A stretch of DNA of 63,937 nucleotides, filler included, from Octopus bimaculoides (GCF_001194135.2; 5 parts of 5 records of this genome joined end to end with filler, not necessarily neighbours in it); one strand, 5' to 3'. Shown: positions 26,885 through 41,071, counted from the whole stretch's first letter. Notes: generated from the letters alone by a model not told the origin. A program made the numbers and translations.

Positions 26885-29700
26885 TCTTTCGGGTTAACCT
26901 ACTAAGGGCTGCCGACCAAATTTATGGGTAGTACAAAATTCAAGTCCGACCTAGTGTGACATGGTGGTGGAACAGTGAAGTAGACAGTGCCATAAAAACA
27001 AAGATACAGGCATGGAAGGAGTGGAGGAGTAGGGGTAGCAAAGAACTATATCAAGTACCTTGAGGAGAAACTAGGTGACAAGAATGTCACGTTTGCATTA
27101 GAAGCAGAAAGGATGAAGTTTACCAATATTTTCTGGTGTGAGGACCAGAGGCATGAGGTGTACTGAATTGCGAGACAGTATGTCTGAGAGAATCATGATG
27201 CAGGAGAGAAACGTGTTTGAATGGATGATGCTACACTTGCACTTACTTAGAGTGTGGCTTGGAAGTGTGAATGTGAAAGCCTGCTAATTGTGGAGAATGC
27301 ATGGGAAAAGGTGAGTCTTCCTAATGTGGTCCCAATAGAGGGACCTGCATTCCGAGTTGATAGGTGCGTGGTAAGTAGAGCAATTAAGGATATGAAGACA
27401 GGGAAAGTTCCTAGCACATCAGGAATTACTGCCGCGATGCTTAAAATATCTGGCAATATGCAATACGACCGTATAGTTAATCAGATCGTTCAGGAAGGAG
27501 TCAGACATTCCGATTAGATTACCAGCATCATAAGTAACTTCTACAAAGGTAGAGGAGATGACTTGGAGAAGGGTAATTATAGAGGTGTTAAACTGTAGGA
27601 CCTGGTCATGAAAGTTACGGAAATGGTTATAACTAAAATAATAAGGAAGAGAGTTAAGCTAGATCAGGTGCAGTTTGGTTTTGTTCCAGGGAAAAGCACT
27701 ACTGTTGCTACCTTCCTCGTAAGGCATTCTTCCTTGTAAAGCAAGAGAAGCATTTAACCAAAAATAAACCGCTGTACTTAACATCTGCTGAAATGTAGAG
27801 AGCCTTTCAAAGGGTCCCCCGATCCCTCATCTGGTGGTCGCTACATAAGCTAAGGATAGTTGAATGGCTGGGGAAAGCCGTCCAAGCCATATGCAGAAAT
27901 GCTGTTATTAAGCGTCTCTGTATATAGAAGTAGTAGATAGTTTCCGTTACCTCCCTGACAGAATTAGCATTGGAACAGGATGCTCTGAAAGCGTAGTTGC
28001 TAGAATTAGAACCCGCTGGGCAAAATTCAGAGAGCTATTACCTTTGTTGCAACAAAGAACCTCTCCCTCAGAAGGAAAAGTAGATTGTACGATGTTTGTG
28101 CATGAACAGATATGCTACATTCACGTGAGCTGTGAATGCAGAAGACATACGAAAGGTTCGAAAGAAATTAAGCCAGCATCCCCCACTGAATGTACAATGT
28201 CAGAGTGCATGTCCTACAAAGTGTAAATGTGTTCAAAGAAAAAAATGGATATAAAAGGCATCAGACGTAGTGTGAAAAAGGGGAGACTGTGTTGATTGTA
28301 TGATCATATGATGCGTATGGATGAAGACAGTTGCATAAAGAAGTGCCGATCTCTAAATATGGAGGGAACGTGTAGAAAAGAAAGAACCAAGAAAACATTT
28401 GACGAAGTGATGGAAAATGATCATTAGATGTTAAGCCTCGCAGAGGAGATGAAATAAGACCAAAATGATTGGATATTTGCTGTGCTTGAGAAGACCAGTC
28501 CAGTTAAGTAAAAATCGAGGCCAAAAAGGCATGCAGTTTATGTCCATTCACTTTCACACAATCTGTCCCTGACAAACCTCCTCTCCACCACCTTTCTTCC
28601 TAACACTTCTTCAATCCCTCAATACGATTTCACAATTCGCTGTTTTACCCTCACCTCTATCACACCCTCGTGTAGAATACATGGAAAAGGAGAGTCTTAC
28701 TAATGTGGACCCAACAGAGGGAGCTGTATTCTGAGTTGACAGATGCATGATAGAAATGGCAATTAACTTCCCTCTCCTCTATCACACGAGGGTGTGACAA
28801 AGGAGAGGGAAATAAGTTGCCTTATCAGGCAGCTGCTGGACCCCTCTGTTGGGTCCACATTAGGAAGACTCTCTTTTTCCCAAGCATTCTCCACATTTAA
28901 CAGTTTTTCACTGTGACACTTCTATGGCACTTTCTTTACAGAATAGCTAAATGCAAGTGTATCACCATCCATTAGAACACGCTTCTCTCCTACAAAGTGG
29001 CGAATTTCTCAGACACACTGTCTTGCAATAGAGAACCCCACTCCCTATCACACCCTCGTGAATTTACCTGTACGCATTGTTTTCCGTTGAATCTCTGCCC
29101 CACAATGCGACTTCCTAACACTCTTCCCTCTATTTGTGTCCACTTACTACATTCCTTCGCGTCTACCATCCACTCTCCTTTCGCAATCTTGCGAACTTAT
29201 TATTTACTTTATCCAATCTCTTGTTCCGCTTCACTTGTATACACCTCCCTGTCATTTGAATGTACCCCTCGTCACATCTTCGTCATCTGCTCTCCACACT
29301 CTCTTCGCGCTCTCTCCTCTCTCTCTCTCCCTTACTCTTCTCGTCCCCTCTCTCTCCTATTGAGATTGCCATGCATCTTCTTTACTGCAAGACACCTATT
29401 TCTCTCCGTCTATTGATACTCTGACCTCTCAATACCTTGCACGAAACCATCTCCCTCAGTGTTACTTCCCGCTCAATTAAGGGGTCTTGTAAGTTATTTG
29501 GTAACCGCATTACTGCTGGTGCCACGTAAAAAAGCTTTCAGTACACACTATAAAATGGTTGGAATTAGGAAGGGCATCCAGCTGTAGAAACCATAACGAA
29601 GGAGACAGTAGAATTTGGCAGTCTTCTGATTTGTCAGCTCCTGTCAAAACTTACAGCACATGCCAGCATGGAAGAAGATGCTAAATGTTGACGAGAATGA
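26885..29700 (+). mobile_element. Degenerate RTE-clade LINE (linker, RT, C-terminus and long 3' region)
   Basis: Motifs VTWWWNSEVD, RAIKDMKTGKVPSTSGITAAMLK, KGNYRGVKL, QFGFVPGKST, FQRVPRSLIWW and RWAKFRELLPLL. An internal deletion removes the catalytic RT core. Tail-like CATGCCAGCATGGAAG...GAATGA at ~29660-29700. Confidence 0.85.
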
Positions 29701-31575
29701 AGAAGAATGTTGTGTTTCACTTTGAATTCTAATACAATAATATCCTTTGCCTTCAGGTGTAGTAATTTTTCTATCAAATAAAGGTAAAAATCTATAGAAT
29801 TTTAATTTCGGATATCTTTTCTGGAATTCCTCATCGTTTGAATCAAGGAGTTGTTTGAGTCCATCATAATAGGTGATAATTAGTCTACATGACCCCATAA
29901 GGAGCATAGGATCGGTTTCTCGGTTTTTGTGGTGTATATATTCTCCCCTGTATGGGACACCTATCCGTCGCAGGATTACTCATTTTTATCAACCGAGATG
30001 ACTAGAGCGGTGTGAATTTAAATGTATTGCTTAAGGCTATAACGCATCGACCGGTCCAGGAATCGAAACTACAATCTTGCGATCATGAGTCTAACACCTT
30101 AACCACTAAGCCATGCATCTCCACTGCCATGCGCCTCCATTGCCATGTATCTCCACATCATAATACGACCTGCCCATATTTCTAATGTTGTATGGTTCTA
30201 CTGCAACCTGTTCATCCTCGTATCGCATCATACGTCGCCTCATAGAATTAAATTACATCTACCTTTGTCTTGTTTGAAAATTTCTCAGATTAAGAAACCA
30301 TTCTCATTCAGGTTTTCTTGTGACACTCAATTCCTTTAATGTTTTGTGGAAGAACTCGATTATTGCACTACCGTGTTTCCTCATTAACATGCCGATACGC
30401 ATGATGACACTGTATAAACTTGCATGAAACGGATGAAAACTGGATAATAATCAGACATAGCGTCATTGAATTTACAATAATCATGTCATGAAAAATATAC
30501 TAGATATAATTTAAAATAATCTTGGGCATTATTATCTAAAACTATCTATGATGTACATAAATGAAATCATTCTGTGGTTATAAATGGTATAGAAAATACG
30601 AAATGAATACACATATAGTAGAACGTCACACTCTTAAAATATGTATTTAGTCATTTGCGTCAACAGAATCACACAGCGTAAAGTATATGAAATACATATT
30701 TAATAAATTCGTTGCTCTGTCAGAAACACTCACCAAACAAGCAGCTAGAAATACCAGCCAAATCTTCAGCAAATTATACCCTGGCGTCTGGAAAAGTGAG
30801 AGATATATTAGATAATGTAATCTTAAATATCTACTGCTCATGTGATAAAAAGAATGGACATTCTTGGAAAGCGTTTGATCATAGGTCTACTCAGTCTGGC
30901 AAGACTAGGGCTAAACAACAATAGCAACACGCGATATATCTACAAATATAAGCTCGTAAATATTCATGCATTCAAACACAAGTGAATACTTACACTTTCA
31001 CAACCACATTCATACAGCTGCATAAGCATCTTCACATACACAATGAAGACACGCATATATACTCAATAAACTTAATTCACTGTATTGGTTGGTAGTAGTT
31101 TCGATAATTATATGTAACTTCTTATCAGCCAGGATGAAATTTCCTGTTATGCCATAACCAGATTTAACTTGTATTACAAAAGAGCGATGAAGTGTCCTTT
31201 TCTCAGAACAGAAATAAATCTTCACTGAATGCTACAAGTCAATCGATTTCTATAAGATTCACTGTTTGTTGTTGTTGATTCGTTCAATGGTTTTTGTCTC
31301 TATGCATCGTTGATGCTGAGTATTGGATGTAAAACTTACTCCCTCCGGTGAGACAAAACTTCCTGAATATCGTAAGCAAGTCTTGTTTAGACTCATCTAG
31401 ACGGTAGGCGTTGTTTGATGTCTCTTGTTCTGATCTAATTTTAAACAAACAAGAAAGCTGCTTCCTCGGCTGTCTGTTGTTGGTTTCAAATTGTTTACTG
31501 GTGAATAGGTACTTTTATATAGTATTACATTCGTAAATCTTTCAATAATATACTAATTCTCCTCCCCACTCTCTC

Positions 31576-31681
<106 letters not shown>

Positions 31682-32073
31682 GCACACAAGAACACACTCG
31701 TGTTTTTTCCCTCTCTTTCGGCAAACCTCTCCAGTTACCTTCGACATTTCTATCATTCTAGCTTATTTTTCTTTATTCCTTTGCTTAATGAATCAAATTC
31801 ATTAAACTACCATTGATTTCCTTTACCCGGGACGTTTGGTATATAGTCAGTTCATTTGCGGTCTTAGTAGTAGTAGTTTTAGTAGAGGCGGTGGTAGTGG
31901 TAACTGTAGTAGTTACAGTGGTAGTGGTAGTTGTAGTAGCATCAGTTGTCGTCGTCGTTGTAGTTGTACTAGCAATGAAGGTGGTCGTGGTGTGGGGGTA
32001 GTGTTGCTGGTAGTGGTGGTGGTAGTAGGAATAGTAGTAGTAGAGGTAGTGGTTGCCGTAGTCGTTGTAGTTT

Positions 32074-32116
<43 letters not shown>

Positions 32117-32126
32117 NNNNNNNNNN

Positions 32127-32170
<44 letters not shown>

Positions 32171-33199
32171 TGCTTTATCGTCGTCGATTATTGACTGAAA
32201 GGGACTGATTAAATAATTATTTCAGAAAACAACTAGGAATCAAAACCATGTCGTGGTAAGTTTACCTATAGTGAAAGACAACTTTCTTCGTAAATAAATA
32301 TCGATTTTCCTTTATAGCCACAAGGCTTCAGATACAGTAGAAACTGCAATATTTTTACGAAAACTAAATGTGTTCACAAGGTTGACGGTTAACTTCGTTT
32401 CCTGTAGAACCGAACCGTCTAGGAAGAAATGGATGTTCTTTCTTGATAAGTTGTAAATAAGATTTCAGAGAAGGCTTGGCAGCAATATCCACTTAAGGTA
32501 TACCGGGAGCTAAAAATAATTAACTGTATTGTAGTATTATGTGTATATAATGTAATAAGAAGAAACTATTCTTGGGCGAGAGAAAAATAGAGAAACAACA
32601 AAAGCAATATATGTTCGACAGAAGTAAAATTTAGCACACTAATACAAATTTAAATATTTTCTTTGTTGTTTTCGTTGTAGTATTTGTTGTTGTTTAACCC
32701 CAGGTCAAACCTGGCTGAGCAGACCTATGCTAAAACTGTTCCAGTTAATGTCCCTCTTGGCTTTTTATACTACCGTACTCTAATTTTATATATATATATA
32801 TATNNNNNNNNNNNNNNNNNNNNNNNNNNNNNNNNNNNNNNNNNNNNNNNNNNNNNNNNNNNNNNNNNNNNNNNNNNNNNNNNNNNNNNNNNNNNNNNNN
32901 NNNNNNNNNNNNNNNNNNNNNNNNNNNNNNNNNNNNNNNNNNNNNNNNNNNNNNNNNNNNNNNNNNNNNNNNNNNNNNNNNNNNNNNNNNNNNNNNNNNN
33001 NNNNNNNNNNNNNNNNNNNNNNNNNNNNNNNNNNNNNNNNNNNNNNNNNNNNNNNNNNNNNNNNNNNNNNNNNNNNNNNNNNNNNNNNNNNNNNNNNNNN
33101 NNNNNNNNNNNNNNNNNNNNNNNNNNNNNNNNNNNNNNNNNNNNNNNNNNNNNNNNNNNNNNNNNNNNNNNNNNNNNNNNTAATATATAACGGCGTCAA

Positions 33200-33560
33200 G
33201 GCGGCGAGCTGGTAGAATCGTTAGCACACCGGGTAAAAATGCTCCGTGGCATTTCGTCTGTCATTATTTTCTGAGTTCAAATTCCGCATAGGTTCACTTT
33301 GCTTTTCATCCTTTCGAGTCAAGTACCAGCTGAGTACTTGGGTCGATGTAATTGACTTACTCACTTCGCCGAACTTGCTGGCCTCGTGCCAAAATTTGAA
33401 ATTAATATTTTGCCCGGCTATACGTTCTGAGTTCAAATGCCGCCGAGTCGACTTTGCCTTTCATCCTTTCAGGGTTAAGTACCAGTTAAGCACTAGGGTC
33501 GGTGTACACCAGTTACCTACTCGCTCGAAATTGCTGGCCTTCTGCCAAAATTTGAAAGTA
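33200..33560 (+). mobile_element. tRNA-derived SINE (family A) with a tandemly duplicated body
   Basis: Head GGCGGCGAGCTGGTAGAATCGTTAGC and B-box-like GAGTTCAAATTCC. The core CTTTGCCTTTCATCCTTTC..AGTACCAG occurs twice (~33290 and ~33450). Confidence 0.8.
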
Positions 33561-36500
33561 ATATATATCGGCGTCATAGTAAACCCAAAACACAGTGCTC
33601 TTAGTAAGCAGAAATGATGATCTGGCTTCCATTAGGACACATTCATTTGAATACTATAAATGACAGTGAAACAAATGGATTGAGTAATTTTTATGGAGAC
33701 TGCAATAATTTGTTGATTTTAGTATCTATATGAGTGTCTGGTTAAACGAAGAGTAAAAAACAATTATTTACTGGATTATATGTATCGAAAAGCCTCAGAG
33801 TAAACATTTATAAATAGTCATTAGCACCTTGGGCAAATAATCTCTGGATTCCGTTCCCAATATTGTATATTAACCTATGATATTTTCCGTGATTCTTCGT
33901 TTTCCTCCGAGATTTTTAATGTTTTAATAAATACGATTGAAGGAAATATATTACTTTGGGGATAATTCTCAGCAGAGAAGCCGCCTGGAATACATTGGAG
34001 ATCGTATGAGGGGATACATAACTCACGTTATTTTTGGACATTCTTTTTTGTTTTGTTTACATTTCATCTAAATATGGCTTCCAGTCAAACACAGAAATAC
34101 ATGTTAAAAGTAAAAATAGTAAATATGAACACGAAGAACAAACCTAATTTCAGAATAAATCTCTCAAACCGTGCACGAAAAAGTAATTACATTTTATAAC
34201 AGCTAAAATTGTTAATTTGAATAATTTAGACCACACGGTTAATGCCAATAACTACAAAAACAACAATGCCAGCACTAAGAACATCGCACATGTGCATCTT
34301 GACAAACAACGGGAAAAACCCAATGTAAGGAGCTAATGTGGTGTTTTGAACTCATACAGGATTAGTATTTAATTTTACAACCGTTGCTAGTAATAAAGTG
34401 GTGAATGTGAAACAACTAATGAAAACACAGTCAGTATCACAGAGATCAACTAAATGCCTCTTTGCTTAAGGCATACATACAAGAGCGTGCAAGAAGGAGG
34501 ATACCATAAATTTGATCCTCTAAAAGCATCTTTTTCTGCCTTTTTGTTTTCAAAGCAACAATTTATGGCTGATACGCGGAATGATATATGTTATATTAAT
34601 CTGTGTAGAATCTACCGGACCGTATGTATATTTTTGAAGACTGAGCACTTGCTCATCTAGTTGTCCGAGATGGTGCAATATACACCAGCTATATGCTTCT
34701 GACACAGCAACAGGGCGACACGACACAAAGAGCATAATGGACATAGCGTTGTGTCTCGTTGTTATCCTTAAGGTACGGTAATACTGAAATTTCTCCGTCT
34801 CAAATCAACAATAAACTCAAGTATTGACTAATATGAATCACAAATGCACATTAAAATGTGGGAGATTTAAACTAAATTTTTGTGTTAGCCTAAACATATA
34901 CAATTTTCAAACTTACCCATTGACTGATCATGCATATAAACAGCAAGGAGATACAACATGATAATATATAACATAGCACAGAATAAAACTTAGATAACAC
35001 ACATTTGTTAGTGATGTAATTTATATACAGAAAACGCACAAAAATTATAAGATTGTTTATGCAGTTTATATTAGTAGCAAAGCAGGACTTAAAATTTAAC
35101 ATGAGAACTTCGCGTAGGGCATTGAACGATTGACGTAAATATCAGGAACAACGGCCAGCTTATTTCATGATTGTTAAAACAAACTTGAAATCAAGGGTTG
35201 TTTAAAAATTGAAATCTGATGAGAACAAATAAGTAACAGACACGGTAGACTCATAGTTGTTTACTAATTTAACTGACTATAAAAATAACGTTCCACGCAA
35301 ATCTTGACAGGAAAGAACTTGAAAGGCTGGTGGAATACATATTTTGAAGATATGGTTGTGTGTGTATTTGTGTATATGCATGTACATATGTATGAGATCA
35401 TTACCTATTTTAGAGAAAATTTCCTGTTTTCCTTCGTTATTTATTTGCCTTCATATGTTTCCTGCCTTACTGATATTAGAAGGAAATTCGAAATCAGACA
35501 ATCCCGATTCGCTGCCAATCAAAGTGAAGTTGTTTTCTTCGTTATGTTTCGTGGTAAATCATTTACTTTTCTCCCCGTTTCGTCAACTGATTCAACATGT
35601 CACCTGTTCTGTGAGTTGTCAACTTGTTACTTTCATTATTCTTCTATTTTTTTTCTATTCCTTTAGATATAATTGTTTCACTCTAAGCTGTATAGTCATC
35701 GATTTTGCTATTTTTCTTCCATTTTTGTACTTCATCATTATTTGGTTTTAAAGCTATATAAATAATGACGTTTCATATACAGAATCATATTTTATCATTT
35801 ATATTATTAAAACCCTTTAAGGTAGCAAATTTGCTGAATGTTCACTCGTCGGAATAATACTTAGTAGCATTCCTTCCAACTTTCTACCTCTTCTGTTTAA
35901 ATCCCGCAGAAATTAGCTTTGCCTTTCATCATTTCAAATTCGATAAAATAAATACCAGTAAAGTACTAGGGAAGATAAAATCGACAAACAGCCACCACAT
36001 TCCCGAAAAATTGATGGATTTGTGCTCAAGTTGGAAATTGTTAGCTTTATTGTTAGAGGGTGGGGTGGCAAAACCTGAGTTATAACTAAGACAATTTTCA
36101 AACCATATAAAATGAACGTGCTTCCACGATGACAATCCGAATAAGGAATTTAAAGTAGCAGTATATTAATTAACAATAGCGAAGAAGTATATTCTATGCT
36201 TGTAGTGAAATCTGTATTATTGATCGTGTAAATTCCTTCATATATGCGCGCGCGCTTGTATTGTGAGGACTGATAGACTCATTAGTAAGTCAGTATCACA
36301 GAAATGATTCAAGATGTCAATGTGACGAGAATTTACATCATACATACATGTACACATATGCGTACATACATCTCATGTAGACATACACACATATAGATAG
36401 ATATATAGATATATTGATATATGCCTATGCATATATGTATATGTATATATGTCTATATATATAAGCTGATATGTATTCCTAGTTATTTTTCTGGTTATCA

Positions 36501-37352
36501 GACTGTTATCCTTTTATCAAAGAAATGAATTGAAATAAATGTAGGCATGCGTCACTTAGTGTGTGAATGTTGTATTTAGATAATGTCTGATGTGAACGAT
36601 GAGCTTTCGTACGAATACATATATTCATACACACACATACACACACTAATGTAGATATATATGCGTGTATGTGTGTGAACATGTTTGAGTGTATACGGGA
36701 GTATGTGTGTGAATCTGGGGACACCTATGTATGCATATATATATATATATATAGTAATATGTTTTCCGTAACAGCATGAGAAAAAAAAAACAGAAACAAA
36801 AAAGAAAAGAAAAGAAACCCAGATCTTTGCAAGGAAATATTTAGACAACCAGAAATGAATACAGAATAATAAATAAAAGGAAAAGAGGAAGTTTAAACTC
36901 TAATACTGCAATTTGTGGAATCATTCAGAAAACATTAATTCACAAGGAAGAATTTCAAAGAGACTACAAGTAAATAAAAGATGCCAATACGAATGAAACA
37001 AACGATTATTCTAGAATTAATACTCAACAGCTTCACAGGGAATTAGAATATTGTATATATGAATAATTCATATAAGCATTATTGTATTTCAACGAAGTTT
37101 ACCGGATTACATTCCGATCAAGAACTGGAAATATTCAAATGATTTCGCATCATATTCTTTATATAGAAAAGTAAGGGGAATATACTGAATAATAATAAAT
37201 GCAGATGTCATATAGGATAGAGATTCTGATTTGTTTTCTTAGTATATATATANNNNNNNNNNNNNNNNNNNNNNNNNNNNNNNNNNNNNNNNNNNNTTAA
37301 TTAATTAANNNNNNNNNNNNNNNNNNNNNNNNNNNNNNNNNNNNNNNNNNNN

Positions 37353-37560
37353 TAGGATCCACAATGAGCAGAACTTACTTGCAGGTATTGGTAGTGCAAA
37401 TCAGAGGTGCAATCTGTGTGGGTGTTTTTTCAAAACACTGTCTGGTTTAAGAAGCCACATCAGACGCCATGAAAGGGCTAAGGTGTAGGTGCAGGAGGTG
37501 GTCAAACTCTGTTTAAGGAGTAGACAACCACCATATATACATGTATGTATGTATGCATGT
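37353..37560 (+). mobile_element. LINE (RTE-like) 3' end with terminal C2H2 zinc finger and (TATG)-like tail
   Basis: 37408-37470 encodes CNLCGCFFKTLSGLRSHIRRH (C-x2-C-x12-H-x3-H). There is no TGEKP linker. The GLxSHxRxH pattern is typical of RTE C-termini. Truncated 5' by a gap. Confidence 0.6.
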
Positions 37561-37622
37561 ATATGTATGTATATGTGTGTGCCTCAATGTATGTATATAG
37601 AGAGAGAGTGAGCGAGAGGGGG

Positions 37623-37729
<107 letters not shown>

Positions 37730-39008
37730 AGCATTTCAGTCACGACTATCTCCTCCTTTTAGAAGAGTTTAGAGGTTCATTATTTCGTGTTTTCCGTTTT
37801 TTTTTTTTTTTTTTTNNNNNNNNNNNNNNNNNNNNNNNNNNNNNNNNNNNNNNNNNNNTTTTTTTTTTTTTTTTATTTAAGGTATAGAATTTGGTTTGAG
37901 AGGGTTTGGCTGTACTTTCTAGGGTGTTAAATTGGCAACGTGGAGGATCCCCTTTCTCTTTGCTTCAACCTCATTGTAGATTCCTCTCTCCCTCTCTCTC
38001 TCTCTCTCTCTTTCACACACACACACTATCTTTCTCTCTCTCTCTCACACACGTTCTCTTTCTCTCTCTTTCTCTCAATTTTTCTATCTTTGTATCCTAT
38101 ATCTCTATCTATCTCATTCTCGTGACCCTGTCGTCTGCCAGAGAATGGTAGGGGTTCAGTCCCCTGCTTGGAATGTAAGCAGGGTGCAGGCTGCACAGGT
38201 AACCGGCTGGCAGAGGATCTGCCTGAAGTTAAAATGGTATTAACGTCGATCAGTCATATTGATGTAGCGATAAACATTACTTCTATCTCATTCTCTTTCT
38301 CCACTAAACATCATTCCAGGCATGCGTGAAGTAACCCATTGGTAGATTAACTACCAACAACACGTGATTCACCAGATTGAAGTCAGCTATATTCCCCCTA
38401 GTACGAGAAATGAATAGATTCATATAACCGCTCTTCGTTGTTATTATTCATACAGTTTTTGACTGTTGGTAGTATTCATGTTATCGTAAATATGTTTATA
38501 CACTAAAAATATGTGGCTTTGTTTCATGGCGCCTTCGAGAAGAAACAGAGCTTCTGCAAGCTAAATTCCTTTCATTTGCAATTTTATTCAAATACTCGGT
38601 GTTGTTTTTGCGTTTTTTTTTTTCTCTTCTCTTCTCTTTGGTGATGGGGACTAAAATTGTATTCAGAATACTAAAGGGTTTTTTTGTCTTACCTATATTA
38701 CATGATGGATTGCACTTTCCGTTTTTATTTATTCCCTTATTTATTTCTCCTGAATATCATTACTTTTGTTCTCGGTATGGGGTACATTTTTGCTTCTTCG
38801 ACAACTTTAGTTACATTGCGAATGTTTGGGGTTGAAATTATTTTGTTTCGCTTGCATGTTTATATTTTGGGAGATTTATAATGCATGAATGTGTATGTAT
38901 GAGTGTATATACGCGTATATATATATGTGTATATGTATGTACACATGTATAGCCACGTCTATACATAACATAGGAATGCATACACGTATATATACGTATA
39001 TATGCGAA

Positions 39009-39312
39009 GGCGCGTGGCTTAGGATATTTGGCTCATGATCGTAATAAGGTCGTGATTTCGATCCCCAGCGGCGCGTTGTATTTTTGAGCAAGACATTTTA
39101 TTTCATTTTGCTCCAGTCTACTCATCTTGTAGAAATGAGTAGTACCTGTAATCTCAAAGGGCAATTTTGTATCACACTGAATTCCCCTGAGAACTACGTT
39201 AGGGGCACACGTATCTGTGTAGTGCTCAATCATTTGCACGTTAATTTCACGAGCAGTCTCTTCTGTTGATCGGATCAACTGGAACCTTCGTCGTCATAAC
39301 CGACAGAATGCC
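39009..39312 (+). mobile_element. tRNA-derived SINE family C, near full length
   Basis: GGCGCGTGGCTTAG head, GATTTCGATCCCC B-box-like motif, TTGAGCAAGACA centre and tail CCCTGAGAACTACGTTAGGG..GTCGTCATAACCGAC. Related copies at 51446-51673(+) and 29900-30128(-; different tail). Confidence 0.75.
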
Positions 39313-39315
39313 GTA

Positions 39316-40210
39316 TATGGTGCATCCCAGAAATTTCCACACGTTTTCAGGAGTGACATTTATTAATTTCAAAGAAGTAGAAGACTCTAATCTCTTTCAA
39401 ATTAGGATCACCTAATTTCAATTTACTTGCAATACTGCAGCCACTGCGTGAAGGCCCCTTGAAAGTCATCTAGACTGAAAGCGTCTATGACCTTGTGACA
39501 CCATCCTTTATCTTCTTCAATTTGAAGAACAATCAAAAGTTACAGAGAGCAAGGTCTAGATTGCAGGGAGGATGAAGGACAGTTTTCATGCCCATATTTG
39601 TCAAGTAGTTGGTTATTAGGAAGGAATTGTGGACTGATGCATTGTCCTTATGCAAATGCTCTTGCCTTTTGCAACGAAATCACTTCCTGAACTCCCACAT
39701 AACTTTCACAAAAAACTCTTTTTGGTGACCGTCTGGCTAGAGAGAACCCAGTGGATGTCGTTGCTGTCGTAGATGATTCCTTTGCTGTCGTAGATGATTC
39801 CCTTGCTGTCGAAAAAGTGGACCATCCTGAGCTTCTAGACGGACTTGCTTTGACTGGCTTCTTGTGCCAGTGGGAAACAGATGCTCGGCTCATACAAGTT
39901 AATCTGTAAGCAGTTTGAAGCATTTTTATAAGTTCTGTAGCGTTTTTACATAGTTTAATACAAAGTTTTATTGCATAGCTAGCTTCAAAATTGTCTGCAG
40001 CAATCTACATACTACAGAATTGTGAGAAGCAATGTTTAGTTGGGTGTATTCAAAGTATTGTTACAGCCGTCTTCTTCAATCTGGAATAACAAAAGTTGTC
40101 AGGTCAGATTATGAAATGAATGGTAATGGTATACTAAAATTACAATAATCTAGGATAGTTATAACTGCTTCTGCTAATGAAAAATCTCAAAACTTCTAGA
40201 ATGCACATCG
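39316..40210 (-). mobile_element. Internally deleted mariner (DD34D-type) transposon with both TIRs and TA target duplications
   Basis: TA|TATGGTGCATCCCAGAAATTT at 39314 and AAAACTTCTAGAATGCACATCG|TA ending at 40212 are diverged inverted repeats. Minus-strand motifs are MLQTAY..CMSRASV..WHK (HTH), VHFFDSKGIIY, LHKDNASVH, degenerate (Y)SPDLAPCD and ..YFEGD-like end. The first catalytic D region is deleted. Confidence 0.9.
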
Positions 40211-41009
40211 TATATATACAANNNNNNNNNNNNNNNNNNNNNNNNNNNNNNNNNNNNNNNNNNNNNNNNNNNNNNNNNNNNNNNNNNNNNNNNNNNNNNN
40301 NNNNNNNNNNNNNNNNNNNNNNNNNNNNNNNNNNNNNNNNNNNNNNNNNNNNNNNNNNNNNNNNNNNNNNNNNNNNNNNNNNNNNNNNNNNNNNNNNNNN
40401 NNNNNNNNNNNNNNNNNNNNNNNNNNNNNNNNNNNNNNNNNNNNNNNNNNNNNNNNNNNNNNNNNNNNNNNNNNNNNNNNNNNNNNNNNNNNNNNNNNNN
40501 NNNNNNNNNNNNNNNNNNNNNNNNNNNNNNNNNNNNNNNNNNNNNNNNNNNNNNNNNNNNNNNNNNNNNNNNNNNNNNNNNNNNNNNNNNNNNNNNNNNN
40601 NNNNNNNNNNNNNNNNNNNNNNNNNNNNNNNNNNNNNNNNNNNNNNNNNNNNNNNNNNNNNNNNNNNNNNNNNNNNNNNNNNNNNNNNNNNNNNNNNNNN
40701 NNNNNNNNNNNNNNNNNNNNNNNNNNNNNNNNNNNNNNNNNNNNNNNNNNNNNNNNNNNNNNNNNNNNNNNNNNNNNNNNNNNNNNNNNNNNNNNNNNNN
40801 NNNNNNNNNNNNNNNNNNNNNNNNNNNNNNNNNNNNNNNNNNNNNNNNNNNNNNNNNNNNNNNNNNNNNNNNNNNNNNNNNNNNNNNNNNNNNNNNNNNN
40901 NNNNNNNNNNNNNNNNNNNNNNNNNNNNNNNNNNNNNNNNNNNNNNNNNNNNNNNNNNNNNNNNNNNNNNNNNNNNNNNNNNNNNNNNNNNNNNNNNNNN
41001 NNNNNNNNN

Positions 41010-41071
<62 letters not shown>

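Noticed and set aside
33208-33285. tRNA genes at SINE heads (also 39009, 50710 and 62372)
   Set aside because: Only A/B-box-like motifs are present. There is no complete cloverleaf, and each continues into a SINE body.
37408-37470. C2H2 zinc finger as an exon of a host ZNF gene (a family expanded in octopus)
   Set aside because: It is a single finger with no TGEKP linker, followed by a stop and a repeat tail, which fits a LINE C-terminus better.
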